Translations under genes and position numbers: made by a program
Shown: positions 48,493-64,000 of the stretch, piece after piece
Numbering within the stretch: the first letter of the stretch is position 1
Layout of the letters: every line of letters begins with the position of its first letter
DNA from: Macrostomum lignano
Taxonomy: Eukaryota
Direction of reading: 5' to 3'
NCBI GenBank assembly: GCA_002269645.1
Contig: NIVC01001476.1
Span: forward strand, 191,880-255,879
Length of the DNA: 64,000 nt
The notes under the pieces: generated by a model
Databases searched by the model: none
Told to the model about the DNA's origin: nothing
What the model saw: the letters and a program-made list of their open reading frames with translations, nothing else

Positions 48493-49545
48493 CAACTAGT
48501 CTATAGATTAGCAATCCACTAGTCTATAGATTAGCAATCCACTATTCTATAGATTAGCAATCCACTATTCTATATATTAGCAATCCACTAGTCTATATAT
48601 TAGCAATTCACTAGTCTATAGATTAGCAATCCACTAGTCTATATATTAGCAATTCACTAGTCTATAGATTAGCAATTCACTAGTCTATATATTAGCAATT
48701 CACTAGTCTATAGATTAGCAATTCACTAGTCTATATATTAGCAATTCACTAGTCTATAGATTAGCAATCCACTAGTCTATAGATTAGCAATTCACTAGTC
48801 TATAGATTAGCAATTCACTAGTCTATAGATTAGCAATCCACTAGTCTATATATTAGCAATTCACTAGTCTATAGATTAGCAATCCACTAGTCTATATATT
48901 AGCAATTCACTAGTCTATAGATTAGCAATTCACTAGTCTATAGATTAGCAATTCACTAGTCTATAGATTAGCAATTCACTAGTCTATAGATTAGCAATCC
49001 ACTAGTCTATATATTAGCAATTCACTAGTCTATAGATTAGCAATTCACTAGTCTATAGATTAGCAATTCACTAGTCTATAGATTAGCAATCCACTAGTCT
49101 ATATATTAGCAATTCACTAGTCTATAGATTAGCAATCCACTAGTCTATATATTAGCAATTCACTAGTCTATAGATTAGCAATTCACTAGTCTATATATTA
49201 GCAATTCACTAGTCTATAGATTAGCAATTCACTAGTCTATATATTAGCAATTCACTAGTCTATAGATTAGCAATCCACTAGTCTATAGATTAGCAATTCA
49301 CTAGTCTATAGATTAGCAATTCACTAGTCTATAGATTAGCAATCCACTAGTCTATAGATTAGCAATCCACTAGTCTATAGATTAGCAATCCACTAGTCTA
49401 TATATTAGCAATTCACTAGTCTATAGATTAGCAATCCACTAGTCTATATATTAGCAATTCACTAGTCTATAGATTAGCAATTCACTAGTCTATAGATTAG
49501 CAATTCACTAGTCTATAGATTAGCAATCCACTTGTCTATAGATTA
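48493..49545. repeat. 23-mer satellite CTAGTCTATAGATTAGCAATCCA
   Basis: Direct inspection. Confidence 0.97.
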
Positions 49546-49694
49546 GAAGTACATTTTAATCAATGTCGATAATACTTGAGAATTTATAGCTAAATTAAAT
49601 CTGGCCACTGAAGATACAGATTTTAACATTTAAGGCTTCTTCACAGCGTTGTCATTGAGCCATTGAAATTATATACGGCTGACGTGCCAGGAAT

Positions 49695-50040
49695 ACACTT
49701 AGCCACCAATACACTTAGCCACCAATACACTTAGCCACCAATACACTTAGCCACCAATACACTTAGCCACCAATACACTTAGCCACCAATACACTTAGCC
49801 ACCAATACACTTAGCCACCAATACACTTAGCCACCAATACACTTAGCCAACAATACACTTAGCCACCAATACACTTAGCCACCAATACACTTAGCCAACA
49901 ATACACTTAGCCACCAATACACTTAGCCACCAATACACTTAGCCACCAATACACTTAGCCACCAATACACTTAGCCACCAATTCACTTAGCCACCAATAC
50001 ACTTAGCCACCAATACACTTAGCCACCAATACACTTAGCC
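49695..50040. repeat. 16-mer minisatellite GCCACCAATACACTTA
   Basis: Direct inspection. Confidence 0.97.
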
Positions 50041-50149
50041 ACGCGAAAAATATGGGTATACATTAAAAAGAAGCCGCCTTCTCCGCGTTCTCTAGTAGCC
50101 TCACTCTACATCAATTGTCCAATAATTGTCCAATAATAATTGATGTAGC

Positions 50150-50215
50150 CTGACAATTAGAAAGTCAGGGCCGCTGTACACACTGCGTGAGCGATTGTAT
50201 TAGTGCGTGCATTGC
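50150..50215 (+). mobile_element. SINE family A core fragment
   Basis: CCTGACAATTAGAAAGTCAGGGCCGCTGTACACACTGCGTGAGCG. Confidence 0.55.
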
Positions 50216-50509
50216 TCATGTTTTATTGGATTTCTTAGGTCCCAGTTTGCCAGACAAAACAGAAACGACTCAAATCATACAGTTGAATCGGTTTACCAGC
50301 AATTACGTAAACCTCGAATATTATAACACTTTAGCCTTATTTTGAGCCAGCTATACTGGAGTATTAAAAAACCATCGCTTTCAAGTGACGATTAACCTTC
50401 AGCGCATCGTTAAGGATTAGCGATTAAAAGAAACTTTATTTCTTTTGTCTGTCTTATTATCAAAATTGCAACCTGATGCCGCACAACATGTTGTCAGGCC
50501 GATAGTCTA

Positions 50510-51698
50510 TCACTGCCGACCGCGGCCAGGCAGTGGGCAGAGGCACACGCACTTGGAGCCGTACCAGCCTTGCTGATAGTATCCGTAACAGTCCGAGGCG
50601 GCCAGTCCAGAGCCAAACTTGCGCCGGCATGTTCGGGTGCAGTACAGCATTAGCTGTTTGTAGTACTTGTCTGCGAAAAGTGGCCGGCGGGGGTCGGAGA
50701 AGTGCTGGCGTCACACAGTATAATTTAATGAAGAGTACATGTATAGCAAGAGAAGAATTTAAAGCGAATCTCTTAGCTTGTATAGCGTGTGCGAAAAGGG
50801 TTGCATCCTGATAAGGAACTTATAGATCTGTCGTCTTTTAGTATGCATGCTTTCATAGAACGCATACATGTAGCGCTGAATAAGGGTTCCGTCATACACT
50901 GCAGGATCTGCACGTAATGTGGCACCTTCCAATGTGACGCCCTCTCGGACATCTGTGACGCCTTCCCGGACATCTATAGCGCCCTCCCGGACATCTATAG
51001 CGCCCTCCCGGACATCTATAGCGCCCTCCCGGCTCCCGGGCATACTGTGGCGCCCTCTCGGACATCTATAGCGCCCTCCCGGACATACTGTGGCGCCCTC
51101 CCGGACATCTATAGCGCTCTCCCGGACATACTGTGACGCCTTCCCGGACATCTATAGCGCCCTCCCGGACATACTGTGACGCCCTCCCGAACATACTGTG
51201 ACGCCCTCTCGGACATCTATTGCGCCCTCCCGGATATACTGTGGCGCCCTCCCGGACATACTGTGACGCCCTCTCGGACATCTATTGCGCCCTCCCGGAT
51301 ATACTGTGGCGCCCTCCCGGACATACTGTGACGCCCTCTCGGACATCTATGGCGCCCTCCCGGATATACTGTGGCGCCCTCCCGGACATCTATAGCGCCC
51401 TCCCGGACATACTGTGGCGCACTTCCTAACAGCGCCATCAACCAAGTTTAATCGGGTCGAAGTTTGTACATGTAATAGAAGGCTGAATCCAAATCGAACC
51501 TATACGGTTCGTACATGCAAATGCATCAAGGCGTTTACGCAGATTGAAGACCGATCGCTTATCTCGACTGCCCCCCAGTAATCCGGCAGGGCGAGCTTTT
51601 CCGGTAGTCATTTCTGGCACAGCTGAGCACAGGTGAGCTGTCAGCTGGAGCATTGCGCAGCAGCAGATCAGCATAGCAACAGCCGACATTGAACGCAT
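50510..51698 (-). CDS. Secreted cysteine-rich, defensin/mytilin-like prepropeptide (106 aa, two exons)
   Basis: Exon 51698-51539 gives a signal peptide (MRSMSAVAMLICCCAMLQLTAHLCSA) and a propeptide ending RDKR. It joins in phase 1 to 50670-50510 (acceptor CCACTTTTCGCAG). Predicted mature peptide: SVFNLHKYYKQLMLYCTRTCRRKFGSGLAASDCYGYYQQGWYGSKCVCLCPLPGRGRQ. Confidence 0.75.
50935..51420. repeat. 21/22-mer minisatellite GCGCCCTCCCGGACATCTATA in the peptide-gene intron
   Basis: Direct inspection. Confidence 0.93.
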
Positions 51699-53488
51699 AA
51701 TCACTGTAGCAACCACGCGGATGTCTAAAATAACGTGCCGAAGTAAAAACGAGCGGAGGGATTTTTCAAAGAAGAAATCTGCAACAGAATCGCGGAGCCG
51801 TCGATAGATTTTAAAGGGTAACAGCTACGTGTAGCCGAAGCTACCGGAGGATCATGATTGGCTGCTATGCTATTAACAGCTGCATAGAACCAAGCAATTT
51901 GCAGTCTTCTCAGCTTTCAACTATCTACAGTCAGGCTCTGCGTGGGCGGCTGGCAGCCCGTATATCCATGGCAGCAGATGCGCCGTTCGCGTGATCTATA
52001 GTACTTTATTCGATCTGCAGTTACAACAAGGAATCGAAATGGAGTAAAATGATACTAATCTTTTTCTACGAGCGTGATTTCAACTGCACCGCCCTACTCT
52101 TTGGGCGAAACTGGACGACATGAGAAATTGGTATTCCTTGGAGACATGCTAGCTATAGTATGAGCCATTGTTGGAATGAATTCAGCTTGACGTACGACTT
52201 TCGTCTCTGCCTGCGTTCACTTCGTTAGACCGCTATTTTTATATCTTCTCTGGATCCTGGACCCGATCTCTATATTCAGCTAGGATGTAAGAGTATGTGT
52301 GGCTCAAGATCCAATAAATTCCCTTCCTAGCAACTAAAACTCAGTATCTACATCTAAATCAATAGATACGTACTGGCACTTGACGACTTAATTGATTTGT
52401 AGAGTGGCATAGACTAACAGCTAGCTCAGGCTCTGCAGAGCCGATTAAATAGCTATAGTGCATATCTGTAACGACTATGAGCAAAACAATTAGCTCACGG
52501 ATTAATGTGAAATCTAAAATAGATTGATAATATACCCTAATGGGGCTAATAGAATCCATTAAAATGCATTACACTTATTGACAAGCTAGCTATAGCTGAG
52601 ATCCACTTCACTCATGGATTGGCAATGTCACTTGGACAGCAAATTGGAGCAAGTAGGTTTTTTCCACGAGATTTATCTATCAATTAATATTTTTAATTTC
52701 CAAAGGCTCGTTTACTCCGTCATGAAGTCAAGGTAATTTTAGAGCGATCATGCGGCTTGCACATGATTTCGTCCCTTTGTACTTTTACCATAGACAAATT
52801 CCGCAAAGCGAGCTTTTTACCATCGACAAGACTCAGTCGAGAATGAAAATGAAAAAACACGTAAAACAGCAAAAATGAGTTATCGGTAGCATTTCAGCCG
52901 ACAAGAATAGCGTTGTCATCGTCGCATATAGCAAGCAGATAAGTTAAAATTTGCAACACAAAATGCATTATTAAATCCCAAAATTTCAGTTTCTATAAGG
53001 AACCCGTGTATTATAATTTATAAGTTTATATTTCAGTATTGATAACATACTCGACAATTGACAAAAACAGTGCACTAAAGAAAATGATTACAAATACACA
53101 TTCAAGTGCTTTGTACTAGATATATTCAATTAAAAATCATGTGACTACTAGTATTCAATATTACTCAAATAAGCTGCACATACAAACAAATATTTAGTTA
53201 GTTAACGTACGCGCATTAATCTGTTATGTAGCTTACTTATTATTGCTACTACAAGTAGTGCAAACGGATGTTGAAAACAGAACACAAACGGGCGAAGTGC
53301 GTGGAATTAATTAAATGTATGCTGAAAATTTAACAAACAACAAAGTGAAACTCGCTAAACAATTTTCATTTTATTTAACACAAGTTTTGATCCTGGTATT
53401 AAATATTTTGGTTTAATTAGCCTGGTTACACAAAGTAGGCAATAGATATTAGATCATAGTAGAGACAAAATAACTCGGATTAAGTTTC

Positions 53489-59377
<5,889 letters not shown>

Positions 59378-61859
59378 TCAATCAGTGACGTTGTCTAGTT
59401 GAAGTATCGAGGCAGTGTAATGCACACTCGTATTCCTAATAACAAAGCTTATATGAGGCTTTCTATTCAAAAGTGTCTATGGCCATCTGAGCTGAAGATA
59501 ATAAGCTGGTTTTCAATGAATTGATTGTGCATTTGAGTGGAAGAAGAGTAAAATAAAGGTGGAAGACGAGTGTGAAAGATACCTGTTGTTATCTGTCTTA
59601 CTTTTCAATAACTTTGACAATCGGCAGAGTATTTCCTTTAATCAAATACTTAGCATTACATTCACGACACTGCATGATAGCAGACAAATGAACCAGCAAT
59701 CTAGTTTTGCCATGATTTTGGCCTATTATCTCACCTATTTAAGTAGTCTTAGTAGTCCTAAGTATAATCCTAGTAGGTCAAGTACTTACTGCTACCAGTA
59801 CATTGACTAAATTTACATTTAATCGACAGATTTTTATTACAAAGTATATTGATATCAATTTAGACAGCTTCTGTAATGCAAAGAGTAAGTTAAACAGTTA
59901 AAATAAGAAATTTAAATTGAAAACAAGCAAAGAATATTCTAACAATTCTAACAATGACAGTTTATAATACGAGCTATTAGTGAGTTCCATATCAATTTAA
60001 TAGTCTACTTGCTTTGTCTATTGGTTCTAATGTGTGATTCAAATTGGTTTTATCCCTAATGTGCCTAATAGATAACCCTAAATGGTCTAAAATGTCTTGA
60101 GACTATTTAGAATCAATATGTTACTTATAACCACTGCACTATAAATTTGTTTTATAATCTATAATCTAATCTAATTGCTAAAAAGTTTAGTAAAAATACC
60201 AAATATATATTTAATGTTAATTTGTTATAAAAGCTAATATATTATCTTGCCTTGATTTGCTTTAACAAAAATTTATTATAGAAAAAGTAAGATATAGTAG
60301 TTATAATAATATAATTATCTTGATACTAATTGATAATAAATTACTTTTCATTGCATATAAAATCAAAATAACTATCTAGCAATTTAAGTATATTGAATCT
60401 ACTAAAAGTAACAATTATTAACTAGATATCATTTTAGTTTTGTTGTAAGACTTGGCTATAGTCAAAGTAATACTCTTGTCTCAGAAATTGACCATATATA
60501 AATTGATTTTTGATACTTTCAGATATTTTTTGGCTTTGTCTAACTATTATTATTAGTTGTACTATGTTTAACCATTTTGTAGTTCATTATTAGTATTGGA
60601 ACAGTTTTGGGTTTTGTCTTTTGATTTTTATTATTGTCATTTTAAATGAACCTTTAAGCAAAAAAGCAGTCTTTATGGCCATGATTATATGCTAAAATGC
60701 CCTTAGTAGGCTAAGTCTACTTTTTTATTATAAACATGTAAAGCCATTTTTGGTACAAAGCTAAACTTACAAATGCTAGGGCATAAAATATAATTAGGCA
60801 AACCATATTTTATTACAATTTAGTTTTACATAGATTAGTATTCCACTGTAGCCATAGCTACAGCTACGGGATCCTATAGCAAATACGGTAAAATAGGTGC
60901 CTATGGCAGCTATGGATATGCCTACAGTAGCTAGCTGCTTTTATGGCTACGACTATGGAAATATGGTAGTTGTTGTCACATTCCATAAATTCCCATAGCC
61001 GTAGTTATTAATGTTAAAAAATTGAAAAAATATTAGAAACAAGTAGAGTAAAACAAATATACTTTTAGTAAACTGTATTATCAACTTTTAAAATATATCT
61101 AAAAAAGTACAATAAAACACTAGCAAACTCTAATTTTTATTAATGTGAAAAAGTTCAGAATTAGTACTTTCAGTAACGATTATGTATTATTGCTCTGAAA
61201 AAAGATGAAATATAATCTACAAAGGCAATTGTTACTTTTATTTTCTAACTTAATTTGCAGTTGTTTAAGCACTAGGTTATCTTCTTGATTCAAAATATTT
61301 TGTTTTCTAGACTTTTAGTTAAAACTATGGCTACGGCTACGGTATATGGACCCTCCTTATGGCAGAAAATTAACATAGATATTATTCACTATTTTGATTT
61401 TTGCAGAAAAATACCCAGTAACAATATATCTTGGCTATAATAAAGATTTAGGTAATAATATTTTTATCAAAGTTAAGGTTTTATATAAAATAAACTCCAT
61501 TTAGGATTAATTATAAAACTTTAGATTCTAACCATTTAATTTAAAATATACAAAGCATTTATTATTGTTTTTAAATGCAAATTGATAATTATTTTTAGTA
61601 TAGTTACAAGCTGTTGAAACCCGCGGATTTTGAACCTGGGAAACTCCAATCCCTGGAACCATTTTTGCATGTATTTTAAAATCTGAGGTCAAACTCAAAC
61701 AAAAACTTGTTAATAGTTAGGATAGAGTTAAACATAAAATAGAGTACACTTGTGTAAAATTAGGATTTGAAGCAAGCATTGATATTGTTGGCTGGGGTGC
61801 TGCGCAGAATGTCAAGCAAACTCTGGCCTCTGCCCTTTACCTTTGCCTCTCCCTATGTT

Positions 61860-63290
<1,431 letters not shown>

Positions 63291-64000
63291 TGGCCTGCAG
63301 CCATGAGCTGGATTCTTTATCTGGCCTTTGAGGTAAAAATCTACTGATCCCTGCTTCGAAAGCCAGTTTGTGGGATGTAGTACTCTCATGGTTATCATTT
63401 CTCATGCTTTAATCACGTCACCTTTCTGGCCAATTAGCAGTCCTAAGGGGAATTTGTGTATCTCTACCAGACCACCACCACCACCCATCACAGTCTGCAC
63501 TTTGCAGCAGTCCAACACAACCAAGGAAATACGCATTTCTTAGGAGCCATTAAATTTTAAAGTTTTAAACCTTATGCGAAACTTAGTTAAAATTTTGATG
63601 GTGTAACTAATTTAGTTGCATTGTAATCAATAATCAGTTATTCATTAATTTTTCGCTATTTTTATCCCACACCCCCGCATTGCCTTGATTTGCCATCCAC
63701 TGTTAAACTGCTGCAGACTTGTCTATACAGAGGACAGTGGTTTGAATCTCTTGCTAAGCGGCTAAACTGTTATGGCTAAATGTAGCCTCTCATCTACATG
63801 CGCAGGGTGCAGGGAAAGAAGGCTATTAAAAAAGTTATTCCAAAACACTGTACATTTGCTATGTACATTGAGCCTGGCGCCTATTGCCTTACCCTTTTTC
63901 TGGGCTGGGAGAATGAGTGAGTGAGCAGCACAAAAAAACAGAAAAAGCAGACAAACTTCACATGCTTACAGTTCTGTCCTGATTGAGATACAGAATTGAG

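Noticed and set aside
50460-50714. Listed ORF MTPALLRPPP... as a standalone gene
   Set aside because: The overlapping frame encodes the 6-Cys peptide and splices in phase to the signal-peptide exon
51758-51767. GGGATTTTTC as an NF-kB site for the defensin-like gene
   Set aside because: A single imperfect match only about 60 nt from the ATG, probably in the 5' UTR; expected by chance

Overview
Eukaryotic (metazoan) genomic DNA with GC-rich exons and introns filled by many unrelated minisatellites. The style suggests a flatworm such as Macrostomum lignano, which is an inference from composition only. Most long ORFs in the supplied track are repeat artefacts; the real genes appear only after splicing by hand. 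Recognisable genes: TRAF3IP1/IFT54 (+, 11422-24432), a Vax homeobox gene (-, 37027-40451, with an apparent 1-nt deletion in exon 2), an intronless GGCT (+, 46126-46749) and DHX15/Prp43 (-, 53489-59354, first exon not located). Genes largely hidden from the ORF track: a type I membrane receptor with a tentative SEFIR/TIR-like tail (-, about 248-7974), a two-exon neuropeptide precursor releasing YDPLLAI and YDPLQFI (+, 28710-29778), a 61-aa single-pass micropeptide with a sarcolipin-like LNF-x-R helix (+, 32659-35287) and a two-exon, 6-Cys defensin/mytilin-like prepropeptide (-, 50510-51698). Mobile DNA: an intact DD34D mariner with about 185-bp TIRs, a decayed RTE-type LINE, tRNA-derived SINEs including a CORE-SINE, hAT- and Merlin-like MITEs with 8-bp TSDs, and a MITE carrying a copy of the GGCT 3' end. 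There is also a 13-bp-TSD-flanked perfect 67-bp palindrome that encodes a Penelope-type hammerhead ribozyme on each strand (48304-48457).
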